From the human T2T-CHM13v2.0 reference genome, Homo sapiens: a stretch of 64,000 bases of DNA. A program made the translations under genes and the position numbers. Below, in pieces: positions 42,695 to 60,159 of the stretch. The notes under the pieces are model-generated. The model was not told the origin of the DNA. It searched no databases and saw only the letters and a list, made by a program, of their open reading frames with translations. The stretch lies in NCBI RefSeq assembly GCF_009914755.1, contig NC_060925.1; one strand, given 5' to 3'. Each line of letters begins with the position of its first letter. Positions within the stretch are counted from its first letter, which is position 1.

Positions 42695-43701
42695 TCACAT
42701 CAAGGCCTATCACTGATTTATCTCCACATGTATCACAATACTTAGCCCAGCACCTGGTCCACAGTAGGTGCTCAGACAGTGCTTATTAACTGACTAAGAG
42801 AAGCAATTACTGTCGTATTCCCTGCCAATGACCTTATTTACTTTTCTTAGATATGGGCATAAACAAACCATGTAATTTAATGTCTGTAATTGCACTTGAC
42901 AATCACTGAACTAATCTCTCACACATTCTTACTCCATCTGAGTATCATATACATAACTGGATTAAAACATCATCTGTAATGCACAGTAACTGTAGGGCTC
43001 CCGGAAGACTTCTTCAGACAAGATACCTGCTGCTTTACTGCCCACATTCAGCAATAGCCCAGATTGCCGAAACTAGCTATGCAGACTTCTCATCAACAAG
43101 CTTGTTGTAGCAACTACTCCTTCAGCACATAAGCATCTCGGAATGGAGTGTTGATCATATTGCATAACACTTGCCAGAGAAGGATCAGTGCATCAGAAAA
43201 GTGAAAAGGACAGACTGTCCTGATCTCTATCTTAACCTCCGAGCTAATTGGCAAGCAGATTTCCACTAAATTTATCCATCTCTCAACAATTTATGGAGGT
43301 AGTTTTGTATGCTAAGGCCTGGATTAAGATCTTTCTCCAACATCTTGTTGTTAAAAATTACAAACATAAAGGAAAGTTGGAAATATTTAACTGCAAACAC
43401 TCACATTTCTGCCACTTAAATTCTATAATTAACATTTTCTTTACTCACTTTATTGCATACTATTTGTTGCTCAAAACCAAGATGCTCATCAATTCATTTT
43501 AATCTATGTTAAACTTTTGAAATCTCTACTTTCATGCCACAACACTTATTTTAATCTTCATAAATTCATTAAATCAGTCATCTGTTCAGACACATTATCG
43601 AGTATCTTCTACTATGTGTGAAGAAATTTGTTAGTTGTTGGTTATTCAAAGATTAATTAAAACAATCTCTATCATGAAGGAGTCCCCAGTTGGATGGAGG
43701 A

Positions 43702-44185
43702 TATTATGGGACACAATAATGACCCCCAAAGTGTCCATGTTCGAGTCTCTAAAAGCCATGAATATGTTAAGTTATATGGCAAAAGGGAATAAAGGTTGCA
43801 CATGGAATTAAGAGTTTCCTGGATTATGCAGATGGACCCAATGTAATCACAAAAGTTCTTAATGGAAAAAGGGGAGTCAGAGATGAGAAAAAGATCTGAC
43901 TATAGAAAAAAAGCACAGAGAAATGCAATAATGTTGGCTTTGGAGATAACAGAATGGGGCCATCAACCAAGGAATATGGGCTGGAGGACTGGAAAAGGCA
44001 AGGAAATGAGTTCTCCCCTGGAGCCTCTAGAATACAATAGAGTGCAGCCCTGCTGACGTCTTAATTTTAGCCCAGTGAAACCCATTTCAGACTTCTGAAC
44101 TACAGAACTATGAGATAATAAATGTGGGTTGGTTTAAGCCACTGTTTTTGGTAATTTGTGATGGCAGCCATAGGAAACTAACACA
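43702..44185 (+). mobile_element. MLT1D-like solo LTR inside an antisense L2
   Basis: aataatgacccccaaa..ggaaaaggcaaggaaa..ttttagcccagtga..ggaaactaacaca. Confidence 0.85.
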
Positions 44186-44435
44186 GAGCTAGACATTCAT
44201 GCATGATTATGATGCCATGTGATATGTCCTATAATGTAAGTAGGCACACAGTTATGTTAGAAAACACAGCACGGTCAAGAAATAATTCATATTGTTCTTG
44301 ATAGAGAAAGAAGGAGGTATCTATCAGGCAAACAATAGAAAAGGTCATTCTGAACAAAAGGAACATTTTTGTAATGTCCCAGAGACTTAAAAAAAGAATG
44401 TTTTTGAAATGGTAAACTCTATGACGAGTTATGCC

Positions 44436-44920
44436 AGTCATTCTTAATCCTATTAAAGCTTCTCTTTTTATAACAAACATTTCGTAGTGTCTCATTTATT
44501 ACTCTGAAATAAAAGATATAGATAACCTATCCCACATAGGTGTTTGTGTGTATGTCATAACCATAATACAAGGGATGAAAAAAAGTAAATTATAATAAAA
44601 TATTATGTATTTCAATATACAATTGCTTCTCAGTCATGACTACCTTTGAATATACAATAAACATTTGCCTACATCTATACATATTTTCACTTTGAATGCA
44701 GTAGGTATAAATGCAAACTCAAATGGGTGTGTTATATTGACAAATTCCATGAGCAGTGTTACCATCAGTGACAGCGTTTTCCAGAATTGGTGAGGAATCT
44801 TAATAAAGTTCTGTAAAACTGAATTACACTTTTAGTTAAATGTGAAAGGTCGTTACATTTCCTATAAAAATCAGTTTATAGTAAAAATCACATTAAAAAA
44901 AACTAAACAGATGTTTAGGT
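44436..44920. mobile_element. Possible hAT-Charlie DNA transposon relic
   Basis: cagtcattcttaatcc..ttttataacaaa terminus-like start; family uncertain. Confidence 0.35.
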
Positions 44921-45279
44921 AGAAGAACTTGGAGGAAAGGTTATTTGATCATGAAGCTAAAAGGTGGATGAGGAGAAGCCTCCCCTTTCCAGCTCCAGCT
45001 ATGGCTGAGGAAGTGGTAGTGCTTGGAGCTGCTGTGGAATCATGAAGAGATAGCTATGGAAAAAGCCAGCATGAGTCTTTGATGATGTCATTGAACTATT
45101 GATTTAATAAACCCTGGAAACTTCCTATGTTCAAAATTATCGCATACTTTTTTTATTGTTTAAGCCAATTCTATTTTCTTCCTACTAACTATAGCCAAAA
45201 ACAATGCAATGGATAAAATAAATGGCATAACTTTGTCCAGCAGTGTGTCACAGGCAGACCAGGCTGTAGCAAACGCTGT

Positions 45280-46162
45280 TGTAAACCAAAACTAAAATCC
45301 TAAACTCCCCCAAGTAACCGAAAGTATCCCCTCTGGGCCAAGAGGATAGCAGAGAAACCTGAAAAACTGAATTCCCTGCCAGGAAGGAAAAGAAGGTCTG
45401 GCACACCTCATCACACCTGCTTCATTTTGGAGGTTAGGCACAATTAACCAACACTAACATTAAAATATAGATCAGAAGACTGACAAAACAGGCTGTTTGT
45501 GGTAGTAAGACCAAATTCCACCCTGACTCTGGTGTAACATCACATGACAGATAGCAGACCCTAAAGGAAATAAACTATAATCTATTTGACATATTTTGAA
45601 ATGGCCCTGCAAAACCGTCTTTGGTGGAAGAAATTTGCCTTTGTAGAAAATCTTCATTACTGAAGCCAGACTTTTCTTAGATCTAGGAGAGACTAACTAA
45701 AAGTCTGACACCTTTTAAGGTTCAAAAAGATATTTACCATCTATTTTCTCTGAGGGCTGCTATCTGGAGGCTTCATCAACATAACAAGGACCTTGGTTTA
45801 TACAGCCCCCTTTCTCATAATTCAAACATTTATTTGTACTGACTTCAAGTCTTTAGGCAAAGCTTAACTCTTTCAACCAATTGCCAATCCAAAATCTTTG
45901 GATCTACCTATGACCTGTAAGGCCCCATTTGGAGATATTTTGTCTTTCCAGGCTGAATCAATTTATACCTTAAATGTATTGATTTACATCTTTGCCTGTA
46001 ACTTCTGTCCCCTGAAAATGTATAAAACCAAACTGTAACCCAAATGTCTGGGGCACACTTTCTCAGAACCTCTTGAAATTGTTCTCTGGGCCTTAGTTAC
46101 TCATAATTGGCTTGGACTAAACTCCTTTAAATATTTTACAGTGTATGGTTTTTTGGTCAACG
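45280..46162 (+). mobile_element. MER4D-type ERV1 solo LTR
   Basis: tgtaaaccaaaa start, ..ttttggtcaacg end, colinear with recalled MER4D/D1; 4-bp TSD ctgt (45276-45279, 46163-46166). Confidence 0.9.
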
Positions 46163-46323
46163 CTGTTAATGGCCTATCCTTTCCCTTCTCAGAGTCACTA
46201 GGAGGATACAAGATAAACTATGCAAAAAAAAGAAGAAAAAAAACTGGGCACATGTTTACTCCTCCACAATTGATAGCTATTACTCATGCTGTTTTGAAGA
46301 TATTATGCATTAGGCACCTGAGT

Positions 46324-46762
46324 TGTATATCAGATTCCTAGTGCTGCTATAACTATCACAAACTCAGTGACTTAAAACAATACAAATTTATTATCTAATA
46401 GTTCTAGAAGTCTGAAATGGGTTTCTCTGGGATAAAATCAAGGCACGGACAGGGCTGATTCCCTTCTGTAGGTCCCACAGGAGATTTCATCTCCTTGTCC
46501 TTTCTGGCTTCAAAATGTTGCCCACATTCTTTCCTCTACATTCAAAGCCAGCAATTTCATCACTCCGACCTCTGCTCCAGTGATGACATCTCCTCTCTGA
46601 CTTTGACTTCCCTGCCTCCCTCTTATGGGGAGACTTCTGATTACATTTCACCCACCAGAATAATCCAAGTTAATCTCCCCATCTCAGTCCTTCACGTAAC
46701 CACATCTGGAAAGATCCTAATACCATGTAAGGAAATACATTCACAGGTTCCTGCCTACCACA
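46324..46762 (-). mobile_element. MLT1D-like solo LTR
   Basis: tgtat..gctgctataac..cttaaaacaa..aatttatt..cattcacaggttc..ctgcctaccaca. Confidence 0.85.
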
Positions 46763-46894
46763 AGTTGCAAGAGAGTACCACTTGGATTCAATGTTACCAT
46801 ATAGTTAGGAAAGCATTTTGAGAATAAAAAAAAAACAAAAGAATTAGTTGTCCTTCCTTGGTCAGTTCAAGGTTTGTACTAATTCCCCTCTTTA

Positions 46895-47381
46895 TGTATT
46901 ATCCAGAGATCATTCAGTTTCATAAATTACAGAAACCCAATACAAACTGACTTAAAAAAAAAAAAACAACTAGAGTTGAATGGGTTGGTTCATAGAAGTG
47001 CTGGCTTCAAGCACAGTTGGGTACATGTACTCAAACAACATCAGGATTATGGCCATTTGCAACCCTTGAGTCTGTTCTCCTCCTAGTTTTCTTCATTCTT
47101 GGGCAGACGGGCAAGAAGATGGCCATTAGCAGTCCCAGAAACATATTCTAGAGACCCTATGGAAAAGATACCCATATTCTCCCCAAATTTTAGCTAAATT
47201 CCCAAGACTGACCAGTCTAAACCAGGTTATGTACTCATACTCCAAGCTAGCCTATGGGATCAGTGCTAATTAAGTCATATGGACTGAGAATAGAGAGGAG
47301 TGTTCCTTCTAAATAAATCGGCACTGTGATTAAAAAAAGGAGAATGAATGATGGTCAGACAAAAACCACAGATGCACTACC
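46895..47381 (-). mobile_element. MLT1K-like LTR
   Basis: acagaaaccc..aaactgactt..ggcttcaagcacag..catatggactgagaa. Confidence 0.7.
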
Positions 47382-47951
47382 CAACTCCCTCTGAAGAAAA
47401 ATTAGCTCTCTGGAGCCCCACTTGGGCAGGAACACTTGGATGCTTGTGACTTCAGTTTCAGGTCCATGGTGGGCAAAGACTCCTGGAAGTGATGGAGTGC
47501 TACACAGCCAAACTGCAACTGTATTTAGAGAAAGAACAGAGATAGTTTTCATTCTGAGGCATGAGGACAAACCTGCTCTTCTGCAACTATGCTTATTCTC
47601 CTTTTAATTTTTGTAGGAGGAAGAGTAATTGCAATGCTTAACTGAGGGTCCAAGTAACCACTGGAGGTTCTGGAAGCCCTGGCTCATAGACAGATGTCCA
47701 AAAACTGAAAAACAGAAGTGAAGGGTTGCAGACACAGGGATCCTTTCCTAGCATGCCTCCATGGATTTCAATAGACATAGAGGTTAAGCACAAAGGCTAT
47801 GGAGGCAGATGGCTTGGGTGGAAACCCAGCTTCATCATTTCCTCATTCTGTCTCCTAAAGCTTATTTTCCTCAACTGCAAAACAGAAAACATAGTAATAT
47901 CCATGTTGTGTGGGTATTTTGAAAATTAAATATTAGCTGTGGTATTAGGAC

Positions 47952-50247
47952 TGTATTAGTCCGTTTTCATGCTGCTGATAAAGGCATACCCAAGACTGGG
48001 AAATTTACAAAAGAAAGAGGTTTATTGGACTTACAATTCTGCATGGCTGGGGAGGCCTGACAATCAGGATGGAAAGCAAGGAGGAGCAAGTCACGTCTTA
48101 CGTGGATGGCAGCAGGCAAAGAGAGAGCTTGTGGAGACAAACTCCCATAGTTAAAAACATCAGATCTTGTGAGACCCATTCATTATCATGAGAACAGCAC
48201 AGGAAAGACCTGCCCCCAAAATTCAATCACCTCCCACTGGGTCCCTCCTATGACATGTGGAAATTGTGGGAGTTACAATTCAAAATAAGATTTGGTTTGG
48301 GACACAGCCAAACCACATTATTCCACCCCTGGTCCTTCCCAAATCTCATGTCCTCACATTTCAAAACCAATCATGCCTTCCCAACAGTCCCCCAAAGTCT
48401 TAACTCACTAACTCAAAAGTCCACAGTTTAAAGTATCATCTAAGACAAGGCAAGTCCCTTCCACCTATAAGCCTGTAAAATCAAAAGCTAGCTAGTTATT
48501 TCCTAGATACAACAGGGGTACAGGTATTGGGTAAATACAGAGATTCCAAATGGGAGAAATTGACCAAAACGAAGGGGGTACAGGCCCCGGGCAAGTCCAA
48601 TATCCAGCAGGGCAGTAAAATCTTAAAGCTCCAAAATGATTTCCTTTGACTCCATGTCTCACATCCAGGTCACGCTGATGTGAGAGGTGGGTTCCCATGG
48701 CAGCTCTGCCCCTGTGGCTTTGCAGGGTATAGCCTCCCTCCTGGCTGCTTTCACGGGCTGGCATACAGTGTCTGTGGCTTTTCCAGGCATATAGTGCAAG
48801 CTGTTGGTGGATCTATCGTTCTGGGGTCTGGAAGACAGTGGCCCTCTTCTCACACCTCCACTAGGCAGTGATCCAATGGGGATTCTGTGTGGGGGCTCCC
48901 ATTCCACATTTGCCTTCTGCACTGCCCTAGCAAAGGTTCTCCATGAGGGCCCCACCCTGGCAGCAAACTTCTGCCTGGGTATCCAGGCATTTCTGTACAT
49001 CCTCTGAAATCTGGGCCGAGGCCCCAAACCTTAATTCTTGACTTCGGTGCACCCACAGGCTCAACATCATGTGGAAGCTGCCAAGGCTTGGGGCTTCTAC
49101 TCTCTGAAACAACAGCCCAAGCTATACTGGTCCCTTTTAGCCATGGTTGGAGTGGCTGGAACACAGGGCACCAAGTCCCTAGACTGCACACAGCAGAGGG
49201 ACTCTGGGTCTGGCCCACGAAACCATCTTTTCCTCCTAGGCTTCCAGGCCCGTGATGGGAGGGGCTGCCCTAAAGGTCTCTTACATGCCCTGGAGATATT
49301 TTCCCCATTGCCTTGAGAATTAACATTTGGCTCCTTATTACTTATGCAAATTTCTGCAGCCAGATTGAATTTCACCTCAGAAAACAGGATTTTCTTTTCT
49401 ATCACATTGTCAGGCTGCAAATTTTCCAAACTTTTATGCTCTGTTTCCATTTTAAAACTGAATGCCTTTAACAGCACCCAAGTCACCTTCTGAATGCTTT
49501 GCTGCTTAGAAATTTCATCTGCCAGATACTCTAAATCATCTCTCTCAAGTTCAAAGTTCCACAGATCTCTAGGGCAGAGGCAAAATACCACCACTCTGTT
49601 TGCTAAAACATAACAAGAGTCACCTTTGCTCCAGTTCCCAACAAATTCCTCATTTCCATCTGAGATCACCTCACCCTGGACCTTATTGTCCATATTGCTA
49701 TCAGCATTTTAGGCAAAACCATTCAACAAGTGTCCAGGAGGTTCCAAGCTTTCTGACATTTTCCTGTCTTCTGAGCCCTCCAGACTATTCCAACCTCTGC
49801 CTGTTACCCAGTTCCAAAGCTCCTTCCACATTTTTGCATATCTTTTCAGCAACGTCCCCACTCTACTGGTACCAATTTACTGTATTAGGCATTTTTCATG
49901 CTGCTGATAAAGACATACCCAAGACTGGGTAATTTACAAAATAAAGAGGTTTATTGCACTTACAGTTCCACATGGCTGGGGAGGCCTCACAATCACGATG
50001 GAAGGCAAGGAAGAGTGAGTCACATCTTATGTGGATAGCGGCAAGCAAAGAGAGAGCTTATGTAGACGAACTCTCATTTTTAAAACCATCAGATGTCTTG
50101 AGACCCATTCACTATCATGAGAACAGCACAGGAAACACCCACCCCCATAATTCAATCGCCTCCCACTGGGTCCCTCCCATGATGTGGGAAATGTGGGAGT
50201 TACAATTCAAGATGAGATTTGGGTGGGGACACGGCCAAACCATATCA
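47952..50247 (-). mobile_element. Full-length THE1A MaLR (LTR-int-LTR)
   Basis: Two homologous LTRs (47952-48320, 49881-50247) around a ~1.56-kb internal region; TSD aggac/aggat; THE1A-type gtcacgtcttacgtggatggcagc. Confidence 0.93.
49097..49693 (-). pseudogene. THE1 internal (gag-derived) ORF remnant, 198 aa
   Basis: MDNKVQGEVISDGNEEFVGNWSKGDSCY..RDLWNFELERDDL is the recognisable MaLR internal ORF. Confidence 0.75.
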
Positions 50248-51827
50248 AGGATAAATATGGGGAAAGCATTTTATAGATGGTCTAGTTCCTCCCACAAGCC
50301 TAGAGATGTAGAATAGCTTTGCCCAATGTCACACAGATAAAGATGAGCAGGAGGGACTAGAATTTACTCTTCTCAGCAGCTGCTCTGGTGCAGGATCAAC
50401 TGGTGTGGGACTAACGGAATAAAACTAGCTATCATTACACACTAACTATTGGCACTCCATTGTATTTGGGCTTTATAAACATTATTTCATAAAGACTTCA
50501 CAATAATTCTCAAAATAACCCCTGTTAAAACCTATGAGAAAACTGAAGCTTAGTGACTTTAAACTGCTTGCTCCAAATCATACAGCTTTTAAATAGTAAA
50601 ACCAAATCTGTCTGTCTGTCTATCTTTAAGTCTCTGTATACTCTTGCTGACAATGCTCACTCATGCAAATATGGAGACTGCAGATCAGGATAGGGACAGC
50701 CAGCCAGCCACAGATGATGTCGAATAAGGATCCATAATTAGAACTCCCAGGAGACAGAAGTAAGAAAATAAATGGAAGAATGTTGTTTGGGCTCAGAAAA
50801 CTTGTAGTTTGGGTGTGTAACCAAAATAAGGGTACTTATGTATTTTCTATGTTCTGGTTAAAGCTATGCAGTTTGGCTTGTCTTATTAATATATTATTTT
50901 ACTTACGGTATTATTGTCTTGATTTTATTACATTTAGAATCTAGGAAACTGAGAAAGTTTAGCAATTTGCCCAGGATCAGCTAGCTGGTAAGCAGTGGAA
51001 CTGGGACACAAACATAGGTCTACACATGCCAGGTCAATGCTCTTCCCACAAAGTCACACAAAGAAAGTCCCAAACAAATGCCCAGCCTGCAGCTGCACAG
51101 AGCCTACATACACATCTCTGCAGGACTCGCATTCCTGCCATTTTCCTTCTTTCTCGCCTGTTACAGGCCTGCTGTTACCAGCTTATTTAATTCCTGCAAT
51201 TTGCACTGTTTCTCACAATCTGTTCTCATTTCCTAGAAGTGCTCACTCAATAGCTCCACTGTTTGCCAGGAAATCAGGCCTAAAAATGTGCAGAAGTTCT
51301 CCCACATTCTGCTAAACCCTAGTTCAGTGGGTCTGACTGAAGTAAAACCATTGGAACAACTTTTGCAGGAGTCTCTGTGCAAGGAGCAGATTCTTATTCC
51401 TGACTTTCACTCAGCTCTGCCATAACCACCAAAGCCAGGGGCTGGGTAGAAGGAAGCCCACTGGACTGGGTCTTTGAAAATGTTCTGCTACTTATTTGAT
51501 AAGGAAACCACCAAAATTGTAAATGAAATAATAAAAGAGATCTGACCTAACCAACTCCATCTTGCTTCTAACCTCCAAGCTGTCCTTGTTCCTTCCTGGG
51601 TGTAGGCTGAACTAACTTTGGGAGGAAATTTGTAGTTTAAAACAAAGATGACAACAGTCCTTTCCCAAGGCAAATCCACTTCTTGGCTGGGAACTAGACT
51701 GCCTTTTTAGGACTAACAAATTAGCCACAAGATAATACAAGATTAGAAATTATGGTTTAGGAGTCATGCAACCGGAGGCTACAAGATACTGACCCTCCAT
51801 AAACTGCTCTTAAGATCAGTTCTTGAG

Positions 51828-55479
<3,652 letters not shown>

Positions 55480-55754
55480 AAGATAAATGCTTGAGATATT
55501 TTGCAGACCCTGTACTTCATGGATCAGCTGGCACCACCCAGATTCATAAACTGGCTCATCTGATCTTGTGACCCCCACCCAGGAATTGACTCAGCGCAAG
55601 AAGACAGCTTAAACTCCCCATGATTTCATCTCTGACCTGACCAATCAGCACTCCCGACTCATTGGCTTTCCCCAACCCACCAAGTTGTCCTTAAAAACTC
55701 TAATCCCCAAATGCGCAGGGAGACTGATTTGAGTAACAATAAAACTCTGGTCTC

Positions 55755-56130
<376 letters not shown>

Positions 56131-56365
56131 TTATTGCAATTCCCCTGTCTTGATAAATCAGCTTTGTCTAGGACCCATTGGGTGGTTATGATATCAGGTA
56201 AGTAAAACAAAACCCAGTTTACTCTGTTTCCTATATGCACCTGCAACTGTCTATAACACAGGGATGTCTACCACCCAGCCACTGTCCTCAGACGCTAGTG
56301 CAAGAGGCAGACAGGTCAACCAGCAGTTTCAACTCAGGAAGCCTGAGGATCTTGGCACACAGGAG

Positions 56366-56542
56366 CAGGTTAACTTCATCGGGTGTGTAATCTGTGAATT
56401 TTCACAAAGCTCTGCACTTAGCAGGGCTTGTGTTTGGTTTAATGTTCTGCTGCTATTGTGTTGACATTCTTAGTGATTTTTGAGCAAGGGCTCCTACATT
56501 TTGATTTTATGCTGGGCCCTACAAATTAGGTAGTCAGTTCTG
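56366..56542. mobile_element. MER45A (hAT-Tip100 MITE)
   Basis: cagg..ttggtttaatgttctgctg..ctgggccctacaaatta..ctg; 8-bp TSD cacaggag/cacagaag. Confidence 0.88.
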
Positions 56543-57059
56543 CACAGAAGATATGCTTCTCGTCCAAATAAATGGTAATAGAAATGGCTCAGGGAGGAAT
56601 GATGCCCCTTGAAGAATAAAAAATAAGAAAATGGGAAACGGCATGACTTCTACTTTTGCATAGAGTGGTGAAAGAGACAAGAACTCTCAGTATTTCTGGG
56701 TACATGAATGCGAAGCACAAGATGGGAAATAGGGTGTATAGGAGGTGAGAATGGAATCTTTAAGTGTAGTCAGAGCATGAAAGGCTTTGGATGCCATCCT
56801 CAGGAGCGTGAATTTTATAAAAAGCTACTGGAGAGACTACACACGGAGTGACAGGTGAGACCTCCATTTTAGAAAAACTTCTATGGACAGAAAATCAATT
56901 TTAGAAGGGTAAAGGTGAAACAGAGAGTGACCACTTAGTAGGCAATTATAACCATCTGGTCAAGTAGTAAGGAGAAGAATAGGAAAAGAAGGGAAGTCAT
57001 GCATCAAAGAAATAGGAAATAAAATTGGTATAATGCGATTTGACAAACATTTCAACTTC

Positions 57060-57540
57060 CCTACCTTATATTGATTTTTCTCTTCTCTATAAATATGACC
57101 CCAATTTTAGGGATGACAGCAGGAATTAAAATAATCCCTCTTTTCATTCTTCTTTGAGGTGGGAGACTGTGGTGTTTATATTGTCTTGCCTGGTGATATA
57201 CATGCAAAAGGCACTGGGCACCAGTGGAGGGCATCTTCCAGGGAAGCTACTGTTCTCCTGATTAAAAAAGGAAAAGGACAGACTCAGTTAATTGATGGCT
57301 ATTGTTCAAGGCCCTTCCATTTTCTTCTCATTTTGTGATTGCAAGGAAGAGTTGCATGCTAAAGATAGAAGAGCAGGAAGCTGAGAGGAACATTGGTCCT
57401 TCGTGACTCAGGCCAACATTGTCACTTGCTTCCAACAGCTAACCCAGGCTTCCTTTTACTGAGAAAAATGAAAGCCAGTTTAGCTAATCCACAGTGGATG
57501 GGCCTTTGTTAAATTCCTTGCATGCAGTCCTAACAAACCT
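57060..57540 (+). mobile_element. Old MLT1J-like LTR
   Basis: ttctcctgattaaaa..gctaaagatagaagagcaggaag..ggtccttcgtgac blocks. Confidence 0.55.
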
Positions 57541-58049
57541 ACTAGAGCTGTGATCTGAACCTGGCTTTGTACCTGCAAAGCCTGTGCATGAACCATGGAA
57601 GTGAGGCTTCCCAACACCAAAAGCTGGTCCAAAAACCAGTGTTACACAGGCCAATGATCTTGTCTTTTACACTCACAAGAAACACCTTTTTAAATCTCTT
57701 TTCCAAAACCTGCTTGGATCTGATTGCTGGAATTGGTTGGTCAATTAAGACACATTTGAGGGAGTAAATGCTAGTAGTAGTTTAGATTCACCTAGCAAGC
57801 TCATCTCTCCTGCTGGAAAAGATAATAAGAGACCAGTGAGGGGTAAAATGTGGTATGGATTCATGTTCTGAAAACCAATTCCCACTACAGCTCTAACTCA
57901 AAGGGCCTTAAGAAAGAAGTAGTGTCCAGATTCTTGGGCAAAAGCAACATTAGGATTCAGGGACTAAATAAAACTTAAATAAATCATTGTTTCCACCTTT
58001 CCACTAACATCTGTCCTTGTCCAGCTTTTTTCACTGTTAGCAACAAAAA

Positions 58050-58275
58050 CAATAATAGTTTTTACCTACTGAGTATGTTCTATGTGCTTTAGAATCATAA
58101 TCTGTTTAATTTTTAACCTTCAAGATAAAGATTACAACTCCTTGTGAAAAATGAAGAAACTGAGCTTCATAGAGATGAAATAACATATCCAAGTCGCAGA
58201 GTTGATAAATGGTAGAGGTACAATTCAAACTGAGACCTGTCTCAATCCAAACACCATGTTCCTAACCACTCAGCT
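58050..58275 (-). mobile_element. MIR
   Basis: atgaagaaactgagc..agagatgaaataac..ccaagtcgcagag..ttcaaac..cctaaccact. Confidence 0.75.
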
Positions 58276-58689
58276 CCAACTACTGTGTCCTGTTAACTGA
58301 ACATACTTTGTGTTTTCCAACAGCCTTGCATCTGTTCACAATGAACAGGAATACCTATACTGACGGCCACCATAACTTCAACCAAATTCACTTCAGGGCT
58401 CATTTTAAGTAAGATTTTTAAGTACGATTTTCTCCACGAAAATGTTTCCAATCTCTCCTTCTTTACTTTTTACCAAATATGGAGTCTCCTTGCCCTAATA
58501 CAAATTGCCTTTGGTTGGTTTGTTTTGTGGTGCTTATATCTGCTTTGATTATAATTGAAATATTACTATTCTCATCACTTATACTGAAAGATTCTCTGTG
58601 AAAGCAGTCCCTGATCCTTCCTTTGGCTAAGGGAGATGAGGGGGAGCTTGAAGAGGAAGTGAGAGTTAAATGCTAATGATATCACTGAA

Positions 58690-59061
58690 TAGGGGTACAC
58701 ACTCAGAGTTACTTCATCTTATCTTCACTTCCATATGCTCCAAAGGATTAATAATCTGAGAGTTCTTGCCAACAGAATGTAGGTAAGTGTGATGTTCTCC
58801 ACTCCCAGGCCTGCCCATACACATCTGTGATATAATCCTTCACCTCCTCTCTTCCTCATTTGTTAGCTGGGTGTCAAAACCCTGGGAAGTCATTGTTCAT
58901 CCTGGGCCCCTGAATGAGAGTGTGCAGCAGAGCTTCCCCACCCCATCCCACCCCACCCATGTTATTATTTGGGTTCTATATGAGGAAGAGGTAAATGTTT
59001 ATTATGTTAAACCAGGGAGATTTTGTCTTTACCAGCATCTAGCATTACTTGAACAAATACT
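58690..59061 (+). mobile_element. Old MLT1 (J2/I-like) LTR
   Basis: gccaacagaatgt..cctgggcccctgaatga..gcagagc..ttatgttaaacca..gagattt. Confidence 0.6.
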
Positions 59062-59757
59062 CATAGTGAGATAAAGTAGTTTGTTAAATGTCACACAGCT
59101 AGTAAGCGATGGAATATAAATTCTAAATCAGGCAGTGTAGTACCAGAGTCTATGCATCTACTTCTACACAAATGCTATACTGTCCCACTAAATATCATTT
59201 ACCTTGTCTCTTATTAAACTCTAGGTTCCTTGATAAGAAATATTACTTTTCATTTCTGAATTATTAGAATTTAGTACTTAAAAGAAACTCAAACAAACTG
59301 GAATTGACAGGAATTAAATTGCATTGAATAAGATGTTACTTAAACTTTTCCCAACATCATCACTCACAACCCCACCCTACTAGGATCTTACTTAAAACTA
59401 GCATTGTCAAATTATTTTTGCTTTCCCTAAATCTGTTGCAAATTCCCAGAAGTTATTTGTGCCTGGGTTGAAGTCCAGTCAATATGTTATAATTCATCTT
59501 GACAAGTCCTATGTAAGTAACTCTTTTGGCATTCTCCCATTATGTTTATGCGAATTATTCAGATTCAGCAATGATTGATTACATTCAGGTAGTGGGCTTG
59601 GCACTTTCCTGTGTCATTAGTTATTCCCACAACAACTTTGTAAAATATGTGTTATCTCCATTTCACAGATGCACAAACAATGAGTAAACCAAGCCTCAGA
59701 GATGCTCAGGGACCAACCTAAAGCTAATTATTGATAGATTTTGGACTAGCAACCCCT

Positions 59758-59758
<1 letters not shown>

Positions 59759-59798
<40 letters not shown>
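59759..59798. repeat. (GT)20 microsatellite
   Basis: Uninterrupted GT run. Confidence 0.97.
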
Positions 59799-59799
<1 letters not shown>

Positions 59800-60159
59800 T
59801 GTTTGTTTTTACCATGCTGACTGTTTCTGACATAGTGCTTTAGGCAATTCACTCAGGGTATTGCACACATTAGAAACTCAAAAGGTTCTTACTAATCAAG
59901 GCACAAACGTATACTGAACAATATGATGTACTAGAAACAACTAGCTAATAGCTTCCCACAACTTTAGAAAAGCTACAAAGATAAACCAAATAACAGTTGC
60001 AATAGTGGCAAGTTTAGGACTTAATCTGTTGAAGGAGGTATGACTTCCTCTTATGCATGCCATACTGTGGGTCTTTTGAACTGGGAGAGTATTATTAAAA
60101 GAGCTGGACAAAGGCAGAACAGCAAGAAACAGGTCTCAGGGTCCCAGGCCTGGGATTAA

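Noticed and set aside
48035-49995. PRDM9-A hotspot motif in the THE1A LTRs
   Set aside because: Both LTRs read CCTCCCCAGCCAT on the minus strand, the non-activating form, not CCTCCCTnnCCAC.
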